A stretch of 64,000 nt of DNA from Rebecca billardiae RCC1528. Its lineage: Eukaryota > Protista > Haptophyta. The stretch lies in contig OZ251231.1 of assembly GCA_965240325.2 (NCBI GenBank), positions 62,001-126,000 of the forward strand, given 5' to 3'. This document shows, piece by piece, positions 11,773 to 22,651 of the stretch. A program made the translations under genes and the position numbers. The notes under the pieces are model-generated. The model did not search any database and had not been told where the DNA came from. It saw only the letters and a list, made by a program, of their open reading frames with translations. Positions within the stretch are counted from its first letter, which is position 1. Each line of letters starts with the position of its first letter.

Positions 11773-13701
11773 CGGGCGCCGGCGGGGGGGGGCGCGAGCG
11801 CGGGGTGGACGGGCCTTCACGGGCCGGCGGCGGCGGCCGTGAATTCACGCCAAGCGGACCGGTCCACCGAGCGACCGAAAGCCCCGCTCTAAGAGTTCAC
11901 ACCGGAGTGAGTTGAAAGTGTGTCCGGCACTCCGCCCTTGGTCGGCCTGTGAAGAGCCGCCCTGTGAATGAAACGTCGACGACCTCACCGGTGAAGTCGA
12001 CAGCCAGCGCTCGAGCAACTAGAGGGACGGCGGAGACGCGCAGGGTCGCACTCGGGCAGGCGGCACCGGCGCATGGTCAGCATTACAGTTCGTCGAATAC
12101 GCCGGAGAAGGCCAAGCCACGTCGGTGACGCGCCACCCGGCCCGGGCGCGACACAGGCTCAGGAGCAAGGGCCGTCAGAGTCGTAGTCCAGTACGTGGGA
12201 CTGGACTACGGACCTGGCTCAGCCGGCGCCCCAGAGCCGTGCCCACTGCCTGAGTGCCTGCTGCGGCAGCTTGGCGTGAGGGCCCGTCGTACTACTAGTC
12301 TCAAAGTCTCGCAGAGTTGTCAGCTCCAGGCCAGTGGGCCGACTCGCCGTACCGAGTAGTAGGCTGGCCATCGCGCGTGGACGCAGACGACGTTGGGCTT
12401 TTGTTTGCGCCGCCCGGTCGACCGTCCGCAACGCTACTACGGACGACCCGAGCAGCTTTGCAGTCGGGCCGGGACTCGCGGCTGCGCGGCGTACGGCGCT
12501 GTGGCAGCCGACCTCGCTCTGCAGTGCGCTGACCCTCTTGCCACGGCCGATCATCCATGCAACGTGGCCATCGACATCGTCGTCTGCACCGTCGACCCCG
12601 GCGCCTCCCTCGCCATTCTCACCCTCGCCCGGGAAGCTTCGTCCCCGTGATGCATGCCGCCGTCCAGAGAGTTGCGCGCATGCTGTACTCCTGACCAGAG
12701 GTATGGAGCGCTCGTTGGAACTTGAGCCGGGGTGGAACATGACGTACCCCGCATTTCCCAGCGAAGTGCCCCATCTCGGCGGGGCTGGCACGCTCGGCAC
12801 ACGCTCCTGAGCGCTCGCTTCGCGGTGCGGCAGGCCTTGGGTAGACCAGGCAGACATGTCGCGACCGCATTACCGGGCCATGCGCGCACCACATCCGCGC
12901 TACGTGGCCTGCGCGCTGGACGACTGAGAGTCAATGCCGACCCACTGCATTCCACTGCCCCGCATGCCCCCGAGCCGCCTTCAGAGGGCGTCGACAAGCG
13001 TGGAGCGGGCGCGCGGGAGTTCGACCAACTCGTAGTGCCTTTACTTGCAAGCACCAGCGTGTCGCAAGCCGAACCTTGACCAGCCGTGGAACTTGAGCTG
13101 GTCGGCAGCAAAACACCGCCATGCCGAGGCTCCTACCCAGTCCGGGGGAGGAGATGTGAAAGCTCAAAGCTGGTATCACCGCTTGAGTATTTGAGCTACG
13201 CCAGCTTGCTAGCGAAGCGTTGTCAGGGGCTTCAAACGAATACGACTTGACCCCGTGTCGATCAGAACTGATGAGCTGAAAAGCGCGATGACGGATTGAC
13301 GGTATTATATTTTCAACCGATGAAACAAGTTGAAAGTAGTCTCGTCATCAACGAGGTCTTTTCGAAAGCGCATGGGAGCGTTTACGACCTTTCTGACGGA
13401 ACCTCGAAGCCTCGTGCAGATTCTCTTGACGAAGTTGTACCCACCGAATTTTACCCAGGCGGCCAGACACGGCGAATGATTCGATGATCACAGGGGCTTG
13501 ATTCAGTAGTGATTGAGAACTTTGCTTGTGCTCGGCGGAGTCCTGCCCGTACTAATGTTTGCAAATGTCCGAGACGTCAGACGACGCGCCCGCTGCTCCT
13601 GCGAATCATTCCGCGGGCAGGCAAAGATACGACCGGGGGGGGGGGGGGGGTCGCGGGCGCGTCAAGCTTGTGAGGAGCTTGTGGAGGCGCCCCTCTCCCC
13701 G

Positions 13702-16700
13702 ATGCACCGAGACAGTAACCGCGGCGCGCGCATCGCGCCGGCGGCGGGCGCGCCGCCCGGGGCGCCCGCGGCCGACGCCGCCGGGGCGGACGACTCGACC
13801 AGCCCGCGCGCGTCCACCGCCTCCTCCGGGGACGAGGCGCGGCTGCTCAACGTCGAGCCGCCGCGCCTCACGTGCTGGGGCACGTTTGAGGACGCGCGCG
13901 AGGAGCGCGCGTTCCGCGAGGACGCGCTGCGCGAGCGGTACATCCGCGTGTTCTGGCGGTTCGCCACCATCCTCCTCCCGATCAACCTCTTCGTCATCAC
14001 CATGGACCAGCTCTCCACCGGCGGCGTCGTGACGATCCTGACGCGGACGTCGCTCTCGATCTTCTCGTGCACGTGCGCGGCGCTGCTCGTCTTCGGCGCG
14101 GCGAAGCACGGCGGGCCGCGCTGGCGGCCGCCGCTGTGGGCGCTCGAGGCCTTTGGCACGTCGTGGATCGCCGCGCTCGCCGTGCTCAGCACGCTGCAGT
14201 ACCCCGCGCGCCTCGTGTACTTTGCGGACGAGCGCGACGCGCAGTTCCTGCTCGCGCGCTCGGACGAGTGCTCGTGGTCGCTGGGCTCGGTGCTGCTGCG
14301 CTCGCTCACGGTGCTCGTGCTCGCCGGGCTCTTCACGCCCACGCAGACCCCGCACTTCGCCTTCGTCGCCGTCTTCACCGCCGCCGTCAACATCTCGTTC
14401 GAGGTGCTCACGCCGATCGCGAGCACGCCGGGCGACGCGGTGCGCGAGGCCGTCTACTACTTTGTGAACCTCGGGCTGGTGCTGGGCGCGCACGTGCACC
14501 GCGTGCGGATCGAGCGCGCGGGGTTCCACTTCCGCCGCTCCGTCCTCGCCGGCTCGCGCGCGTGGCGCGAGCTCAAGGCGCAGGAGAACGAGCAGCGCGT
14601 GCGCGCGTCCGCGGCCGAGGCGGCCAAGGGCGCGCGCTCGCGGCTCGTGCGCGTCGTGATGCACGACCTGCGCAGCCCGCTGCTCGCGGTGTACCAGCTC
14701 GCGTTCAGCCTGCGCGAGCAGCCCCCCGCGACGACGCTCGCCGACGACGGCGTCACGCGCTCGCTCGAGGCCATGGCCAAGTGCGCCAACCTGATGCAGT
14801 CCATCGTCTCGGACATGCTCGACTTTGAGCGCATCGACAGCGGCCGGCTGCAGCTCGTCACCACCAACTTCAACCTGCGCACGCTGCTCGGCGACGCGCG
14901 CGACGCGTTCGCGCCGCTCGCGACGAGCTCGAGCGTGCGGCTCGAGTTCGAGCCGCTCCCGCCCGGCCTCGAGCACGCGTGCTTCGAGGGCGACGACCGC
15001 CGGCTGCTGCAGTGCCTCGGCAACCTGCTGTCCAACGCAACCAAGTTCACGCCGTCGGGCGGCACCATCTCCGTGCGCGCGTGGGGCGGGGAGGCGCTGC
15101 GCGGCGCGGGCGGGACGGACGGCGCCGGCGGCGCCGGCGGCGCTGACGGCGCGACCGCCACCGCCACCGCCGACGGCTCGGCCGACGACTCGGTCGCCAC
15201 CGCGTGCACGAGCGCGGCGCCGCCGCAGCCGCAGCCGCAGCCGCAGCCCCACTCGCGCGCGCCGCCCACGCACCTGCTGCGCAGCTCGACCGCCTCCTCG
15301 GCCGCCGGCCCCACGCCCGGGCTGCTGCGCCGCCGGATGTTCGGCGACGGCAGCGCCACGGAGCTCGTCCCGCCGGGCGGGCCGCCCGACGACGAGCCGC
15401 CGCGCCCGCTGCACGAGCTCTGCATCGCCGTGCGCGACTCTGGCGCCGGGCTCGAGCCGTCAGAACTGGCGGTGCTGCGGCGCGGCGACATCTTCAGTCA
15501 GGTGGGCAAGGGGCAGCTGCAGGGGAACGGCGGGACGGGGCTGGGGCTGAGCATCGTGCGGCACCTGCTCTGGATGCACTCGCACTCCGAGCTGGACATC
15601 GCGTCGGAGGGCCACGCGCGCGGCTCGGAGTTCACGCTGCGGCTGCGGCTGCCGCGCACAGCCGACATGCCGGCCGCCAAGCCCGCCGACGACGACGACG
15701 ACGCGCCGCCGCCGCCGCGCCGCCGCATGCCCACGCAGTTTGGCGGCGCGCTCGGCGCCGCCGTGCTCGCCGCCGCCGCCGGCGCCGCCGCGCCCGCCAA
15801 GCCCGAGCCGCCGGGCCGGCCGCCCGCCATCACGGCGCGGAAGGCCCGGTACCCGTCCGACGCGAGCACGGTGCACGCGCTGCCCGTGCCATCCGCGTCT
15901 GCGCTGCCGAGCCCGCACCGCGCGCCTGCCATGCTGCTGGAGCCCATCAGCGCGTCGGGCGACCTCGCCGACATGTCTGCGAGTCTCGGCGGCGGCAGCC
16001 GCCTGGCGTCGCCGGCGCTGGGCTCGCGGCTCGGGCCGGCCGCTGCCGCCGCGGAGCCCGCCGCCGCGCGCGCGCCGCTGCGCTGCCTCTACGTCGAGGT
16101 GCGCCGCTGGCCACCGCGGCCCGCCCTGTCGCGCGCGCGCGCACCTGCCGCGCCCTCGGCCCTCGGGCCTGGCGCCGCCCCGCTCGGTCGGGCGGCCGCC
16201 CTCTGCTCACCCCGCGCTCCGACCCGCTCGCGCGCCTGCGCCTCCGCCTCCGCCTCCCGCAGGACGACGAGGTGCTGCGCCTGATCACGGGCGCGCGCCT
16301 CTTCGGCAAGCTCGGCCTCGGCTTCGACGAGGCGGCCGACGGCGTGGCCGGCCTAGAGGCGATGCGCGCGTGCCCTGCAGCGCACACGTACGCGGCCGTG
16401 CTCATCGACAACCAGATGCCGCGCATGTCCGGCTCGGAGGCGGTGAAGCAGATGCGCGCGGACGGGTACCCGGGGCTCATCATCGGCATGACCGGTGCGC
16501 GCGCCCGCGGCGGCCGCGCGCGTGCGGGGGCGCGGGTGTGTGTGCCTCCCCCGCGCGCGCCGCCGGACGATCCCAACCACCCGCCGCGCCGCGCCGCGCC
16601 GCGCCGCGCCGCGCCGCGCCGCGCGCCGCAGGTGACCCGACCGGCTCGGCGGACCGGTCTGCGTTCGAGGAGAGCGGGCTCACGCTGTGCTGCGACAAGA

Positions 16701-16774
16701 CGCCCGAGGGCCTCGACCTGATCGAGATGGAGCTGCAGAAGCTGATCGACGAGGACAGGGCGGCGCACGCCTGA
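13702..16774 (+). CDS. Membrane-bound hybrid sensor histidine kinase (multi-TM, HisKA, HATPase, receiver); introns 16099-16262 and 16495-16631; start uncertain
   Basis: H-box VMHDLRSPL, N-box NLLSNATKFT, G1 VRDSGAG, G2 GTGLGLSI. Receiver LYVE|DDEV...IDNQMPRMSG...IIGMT|GD. Several hydrophobic N-terminal helices. Confidence 0.9.
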
Positions 16775-17096
16775 GCTGAGTGAGCACGCGGCCGGCGGCA
16801 GGCGGTGACCGGCTGGGCCGCCGTCCACCGCGCGGCCGCGGCCGCGCGGGGGGCGGCGGCGGCCGGCGTGGCGCGCGCGCTGCCAGCACTCCGCGGCATC
16901 ATGTGACGGCGCGCGGCTGTACGACTCCTGCTGCTGATGATGATTGCTCGTACTATACGCGATATGCGCCAGCTTCGTCTGACGCGGACCGTGTCGCGCG
17001 GTACAAGTCAGTGTAACTGCTGGTAACTGACGAACTGCGCTAACTAATCATCATACTGTCGTCGTCACTGTCGTCTTGTCGCTCGAATTATTCAGC

Positions 17097-18878
17097 ATGG
17101 CGCCGCCGGCGAGCAGCGCTCGCGCGACGATCGCGGCCGTGGCCGCGGCGCTCGCGCTGCTGCGGGGCGAGGAGGGCCTGCGCGAGTGGCGCGGCGCGGT
17201 GGAGGTCGCCGAGCTCCGCGCCGCCGAGCCGCCGTGGGGCGGCGCCGCGCGCTTCGGCGCGCTGCCCAAGCCGTCGTGGCGCGCGGACGACGAGGCGGCG
17301 TTTGGCGTGCTCGAGGCGCTCGCGCCACCGGCGGCCGTGGAGGCGGTGCGCGGCGCGATGGCGGCGGCGCGCTTCGACACGGGCGCGGACTCGGTCGACG
17401 GCCAGCCCACCTTCGAGCGCCACGCCCTGCTCGACGGCCGCCCCGTCGACCGCGCGCTGCACGCGGCGGCCATGCCGCTCGTCGACGGCCGCGTGACGCC
17501 GGCGGTGCGCGCGCTCTACGGCTGCGAGACGTGCGTGCCGTGCACGGTGTTCGCGCGGCGGTACCTGCGCGGCGAGCGGCGCGCGCTGCGCGAGCACTAC
17601 GACTCGTCCGCCTTCGTCACCGCCATCGTCGCGCTCGACAACGCGTCGGACGCGCGCGGCGGCGCCGCGGCGGCGGACGCGGCGGAGGAGCGGCCGCGCG
17701 CGCCCGGCGCGCCGCCACAGAGTCCGGACGGTCCGGACGGTCCGGACGGTCCGGACGGTCCGGAGGGGCTGTACGTGCGCGCGTCGCCGTCCGCGCGCGC
17801 GCGCGGCGTGCGGCTGCGCGCGGGCGACGTGCTCGTGCACCAGTACGACCTGCTGCACGGCGTGCGGCTGCAGCGCGCCCCCACCGAGCGACGCTCGCTC
17901 GCCGTGTGGTTCAAGCGCTCCGCCGCCGAGTGCGAGGCGGCCGCGTCGCCGTGGTACGCCGAGGCGGCGCGCGCGGACGGCACGGGGGACGCGACGGCGG
18001 AGTTCAACCGCGGGCAGCTCGCCGACGCGGCGGGCCGGCGCGACGACGCGCGCGCGCACTGGGCGCGCGCCGCGCTCGCCGGCCACGGGCTCGCCCAGCT
18101 CAACCTCGCGGGCGCGCTCGCAGCGGACGCCGGCGACGCCGGCTCTGCGCGCGGCGGCGGCGGCTCTGCGCGCGGCGGCGGCGGCGCGGCGGCGGCGGCG
18201 GGGGCGGGCGCGGCGGAGGAGGGCGCGCGGCGCGGCGCGCTCGCGCTGCTGCGCGAGGCGGCGGCGCGCGGGTACGCGGGGTACGAGCGCGGCGCGCCGC
18301 CGGGCGTGTGGGCGCCCGCCGCGGCCAACCTCGCGCGGCTGTGCGCCGCCGGCGCCGCGGCCGAGGCGGAGGCGGAGGGCGCGTGCGCGGACGCGCGCCG
18401 CTGGCTCGAGCGCGCCGCCGCCGCGGGCTTTGCCGACGCGCAGGCGCAGCTCGGCGCGGCGCGCGCGCGCGAGGCGGCGGCGGCGGCGGAGCGGGGCGAG
18501 CGCGAGGCGGCGGCGGGCGCCGACGCGGACGCGGACGCGTGGCTGCAGCGCGCCGCCGAGCAGGGCCACGCGCACGCGGCCAACGAGCTCGGCATGCGCG
18601 CGGCCGCGGCCGCGGCCGAGGCCGAGGCGGGCGGCGAGCGCGCGCGCGCCGCGCGCGACCGCGACGCCGCGCTCGGCTGGTTCGGCCGCGCCGCCGAGGC
18701 GGGCCACGCGGGCGCGCAGTACAACCTGGGCGCGACGCTCGTGCAGCACGGGCGCGGCGGCGCGAGGGCGGCGCAGCACGTGGACGAGGGCATGCGCTGG
18801 ATCCGCGCCGCCGCCGCGGGCGCAGACGCGCAGGTCGCCGCGGCCGCACGCGAGGCGCTGCGCATGCTCTGCTCGTGA
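17097..18878 (+). CDS. 2OG-Fe(II) oxygenase domain plus SEL1 repeats
   Basis: FARRY...LREHYD (HxD), GDVLVH..LLHGV, RRSLAVWF. SEL1 motifs WLQRAAEQGHAHAANELG and AAEAGHAGAQYNLG. Confidence 0.85.
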   Translation: MAPPASSARATIAAVAAALALLRGEEGLREWRGAVEVAELRAAEPPWGGAARFGALPKPSWRADDEAAFGVLEALAPPAAVEAVRGAMAAARFDTGADSVDGQPTFERHALLDGRPVDRALHAAAMPLVDGRVTPAVRALYGCETCVPCTVFARRYLRGERRALREHYDSSAFVTAIVALDNASDARGGAAAADAAEERPRAPGAPPQSPDGPDGPDGPDGPEGLYVRASPSARARGVRLRAGDVLVHQYDLLHGVRLQRAPTERRSLAVWFKRSAAECEAAASPWYAEAARADGTGDATAEFNRGQLADAAGRRDDARAHWARAALAGHGLAQLNLAGALAADAGDAGSARGGGGSARGGGGAAAAAGAGAAEEGARRGALALLREAAARGYAGYERGAPPGVWAPAAANLARLCAAGAAAEAEAEGACADARRWLERAAAAGFADAQAQLGAARAREAAAAAERGEREAAAGADADADAWLQRAAEQGHAHAANELGMRAAAAAAEAEAGGERARAARDRDAALGWFGRAAEAGHAGAQYNLGATLVQHGRGGARAAQHVDEGMRWIRAAAAGADAQVAAAAREALRMLCS

Positions 18879-21800
18879 TGATGAGGACTGCCGCGTCGAG
18901 CGGCCGTAGTGCGTGCTGGCGTCGCTCTCGTAGAAGTAGGCATCGCTGCCTCAGCAGCTAGCACTCTAGCAGCAGCAGCAGCGCCGGCACCGGTGAATGT
19001 GATGAGCCGGCTGAGCCGCACGCGCCACGCGGCGGAGTCGGGCACGGGGCCCTGCACTCTGCAGCCCGGTGCCCACGGCATGATTCTCGTCCCGGACCCG
19101 GGCAGACCGACGCGCGAGCCGAGCTCGATGGCCGTGTTCACCACGTCGCCCGGGGAGAAGACCGAGCTGAGCTGAAGCGGCGGCCTCCAGCAGCCCCTGC
19201 TCGTCATGCAGCGTTTGGGCGAGCGCATTTCCCCGGCGCCACGGAGCCGCAGGGTGCCGCCCACAGCGCGCGGCGCGGCGCGCGCGCGCGGCGGACGGAA
19301 TCAGCGCGCGGTCCGCGCGCGCGTGGCGGCGGCCCACCTGCTGAGGCGCGGGAGCCCCCCCCCGCTTCTTGAAGCGGAGGCGGACCACTGCCTGCTTTGA
19401 CGGGTCGGGCGGAGATCGTCGCGATCGTCGTCTGCGACATGGGCGTGCACGTGCTCCGTGCGCGGTTCGGACTTCGGCCGTTCGGCGCTCCCGGCTTCTG
19501 CATGCGATGCGGGAGAAAATGATGCGATAACCGTAAAGAAGAAATGGTCCGCGGCCGTCCGTCCGGCCGTGCTGCGCAAACGATGTCCTCGCCAGCACTC
19601 AGCAGCGCTCCCTCTGTCCATCCAGCGCCGTGACCATCCCGCAAGGTTCCCTCACATTCCAGACGACGATCTCTGCTTCCAGCATAGGAGACAGTCGAGG
19701 TCGGAGGTGTGGCCCATGCGAGTGACGGAGTGACCAGCCCGCAGCCGGCGAGTCCTTGCGGTGACGTGTGCGGTGTGGCGCCACCTGTGCAGCACGACTT
19801 GGTTCCGGCATAGCTTCCCCCTGGCTGTGCTCGTGCTGGCTAACCTGACTGACGCGCATCAATCGGATGTGACGTCCGACACGATCCGCGGTAAACTATA
19901 CGAATCTTACGAACGCGTCCTGGTGCCGGCCAGGCGCCGCAGACGCAGTGCGAGCGAGCCAACAGCGCCGTGCACTGGCCGGTTGGCCCAAAAGTGGCCA
20001 TACGGCGAGACGTCACCAGGCACCTGTCGCACGAGTCGCATGTTAATTAACGTGGTGCGCTCCCTCCGCCCCCCCTGCCGATTCAGACTTGATGCCCGGC
20101 GCCACACCTGACACACACCAGCTCACTACCCCAAGGCCCAGATGTGAGAGGTTAAATGGAGTCTGGGCTGCCGGCCGGAGCCCATCAAGCAGACACGCCT
20201 GCGGCTGCTGCAGCCGCAACGTGCTGGCGATGAGACAGGGGACCAAGGCCACCCCATCCGCACCAAGCCATCCGCGATTGTGGTCATCCAGCCGCCCGAG
20301 GAGCCAGCCTCGCGCGAGTAGGCGGACGCCCGACCACCTGAGCGCGGCCGACCTGGCCGCAGCACATGCCACACAACGGTGGCGCAGCTGCCAAGGGCAA
20401 GGCAAAGCAGAAGGACGCGATCGTGCGGTCAGCGTCGCAGCGGGCATCCATCCAACCCACACGGGAGGCCCGCAGCCGCCTAGCAGCCCAGCCCAGCCCG
20501 TCACCGAGACAGTCACAGCACTGGCTCTCGTGCAGCATCCGCACCCTGCGAGCACGGAGAGTTCAGGACGCAACGCAGGGCGGCGCGCGCGCGGCAGACG
20601 AGCCGGGCCGTCACCGCCCGCCTCCACAAGCCGCCCCCGCGCGCGCGGCGCGCACCATCCGCCCCAGTGGTAACGCGCAGCGGCGCGCGCCGCGACCCTC
20701 GGGTCGAACCGGGACGCACTGCTCACGCCGTGGCGCACGGCGCGACGGGCGCGGCGCGGCGAGGTCGCATGTGCTTCCCCCGGGGGCCTGAGCGTACTGG
20801 CTGAGGCCCCCACGCGCGGCGGACTCCGTGCGCGCCCCGCCTGATGTGCGCGCGGCGCGCGCGCAGCGCGCGGCGGGCTTCCATGGGCCGGTGCCGTGCG
20901 TATTCGCTCGTCAGCACCGTGCTCGGTCTCGTCAAAGCGTTACCCGCATCGGCCCCCACCGCCACGCGGCCCCCTTTAGCGCGGTCCTCGACAGCGAGGC
21001 CAACCATCGACGCTTGGAAGCCTACGGCCGCGCCAAGCGACGGCGCCGAGCGGGCGCGCGCGCGCGGCACGAGAGGTAGACTCCCGTAGCGTGCCTCCAC
21101 ACCCCGCCCGCGCCAGCGCACCCGCTCCCGGCTCTCTTTCCGCTCCGCGGCGGCGCGCGGCACCCGAGCCGCACTGAACGCGTGCACGGCGCACGCCGTG
21201 GCGCGGCGCGACGGGCGCGGCGCGGCGCGCTCGGAGTGAACTCGCCCGGGGCTCCGAGCGTACGGGCCGACGCGCCCGCGCGCGGCGCGCTCCGCCCGCG
21301 CCCCGCCAAATGCGCGTGTTATCACGAGGCGCGGGTCGCCACCCTTACGCGCGGCGGCGCGGCCGTCGCGAGGGGTCCCCGCACTTGGCGGCGACGAGAA
21401 GCGTCCGGACTCTCCTTGATGTTGCACAAAGCCGCGGGGGCGGCACGGTTAAATCCGGGCGTGCCCCCCCCGCGGAAAAATCGGAAATCCGGAAATCCCG
21501 CCCAAGACCCAGCCGGAGCAGGGCAGGCTCAGCATGGCGCCTGCGCGGCAGCCGGGCGATACACATGAGATGTGCGTCCACGTTGTGAGGTCGCAGCGAG
21601 CTGTTGGCATGCCCGTGCCAGCATCTTGATGCGCCCCTTCGTGCATGGGTCGGGCTCCCCTCATCCGTGCCCGGTTCGGCTCGACGCCGAGCTCGCCTCG
21701 AACGCGTGCGCGCAGCCCGGCCGCCGGCGGCCGATTGGCGGGCCCGCGCCCGGGCGCGCGAGTCTGTGGCGTCTGCCCGCGCGCGCCGGGGCGGTGACGG

Positions 21801-22109
21801 CCCTCGGATGGCGGGCCGCGTGAACGCTTTGGAGTGCGCGCGGGATGCGAAAGGCGCGAGACGTCCGCCGTGCGTGCGTGGCCGCCTGGACGAGCACGGC
21901 CGGATGAGCGGGTCGGCGACAGTCAGGCCGCGACGTCGGCTCCGAGCCGGGCGGCGCGCGCACCGTCGCTCGTCGCGCGGTGTCCTTGAGAGGAGCGGCT
22001 GGCGCGCCGCGGAAACCATGGATGCGTACTGCACCGTGTGGTCATCGACGAGAGCCGCGACGGGATCACGACGGGACAAAACGCATCTGCCTTGGGCGCG
22101 AAGCAAAGA

Positions 22110-22180
22110 TGCTGCGGCCGAGAATCGAACTCGGGTCGCCCGCGTGGCAGGCGAGCATCATACCACTAGACCACCGCAGC
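22110..22180 (-). tRNA. tRNA-Gly (GCC), copy 1
   Basis: Cloverleaf GCTGCGG...TAGTGGTA...CTCGC-CTGCCAC-GCGGG...GTTCGATT...CCGCAGC-A. Confidence 0.95.
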
Positions 22181-22435
22181 ATGCCGTGCAGAAGCGAGCT
22201 GCGGCGTCTCGCGCCGCGGTGGACTTGAGCGACTCGCGCGCCGCGGATGCCGCGGCGCATCGAGACTCGACGGCGGATCCCACGCGCACTGCGTGCCGAG
22301 GCAGTGGCCGCCGCGCCGCGCCGGCGGACAAGCCATGCAGCGCTCCGCTTCGGCTGATGCGCACCGCGAAAGCCGCGAGGGAAGCCGAGCCGGAGAGGGG
22401 ACAAAAAGCGTCTTGTGTAGTGGCAAGACGAAAAG

Positions 22436-22506
22436 TGCTGCGGCCGAGAATCGAACTCGGGTCGCCCGCGTGGCAGGCGAGCATCATACCACTAGACCAC
22501 CGCAGC
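22436..22506 (-). tRNA. tRNA-Gly (GCC), copy 2, identical to copy 1
   Basis: Same 71-nt sequence, followed by a TTTT Pol III terminator at 22431-22434. Confidence 0.95.
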
Positions 22507-22651
22507 TGCTCTTGGATGCACACCTCTGCCGAACAGCGGTATTAGTAGTGAGGAGCGCGTCGTGTGGCATCGCGTCGTTGAGATCGACTGCTGATGCGGC
22601 AACTTGGATTGCGTCAGTCAGAGACTGGCCGACGGATGCTCACGATCAGTG

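Noticed and set aside
18909-19600. Possible small gene; VVRLRFKKRGGAP faintly recalls ATG12
   Set aside because: No consistent splice model or downstream ATG12 similarity; both strands look equally codon-like.
19600-22100. Gene or transposon in this intergenic block
   Set aside because: Only a short duplicated GC-rich motif; no TIR/TSD pair or credible ORF found by eye.
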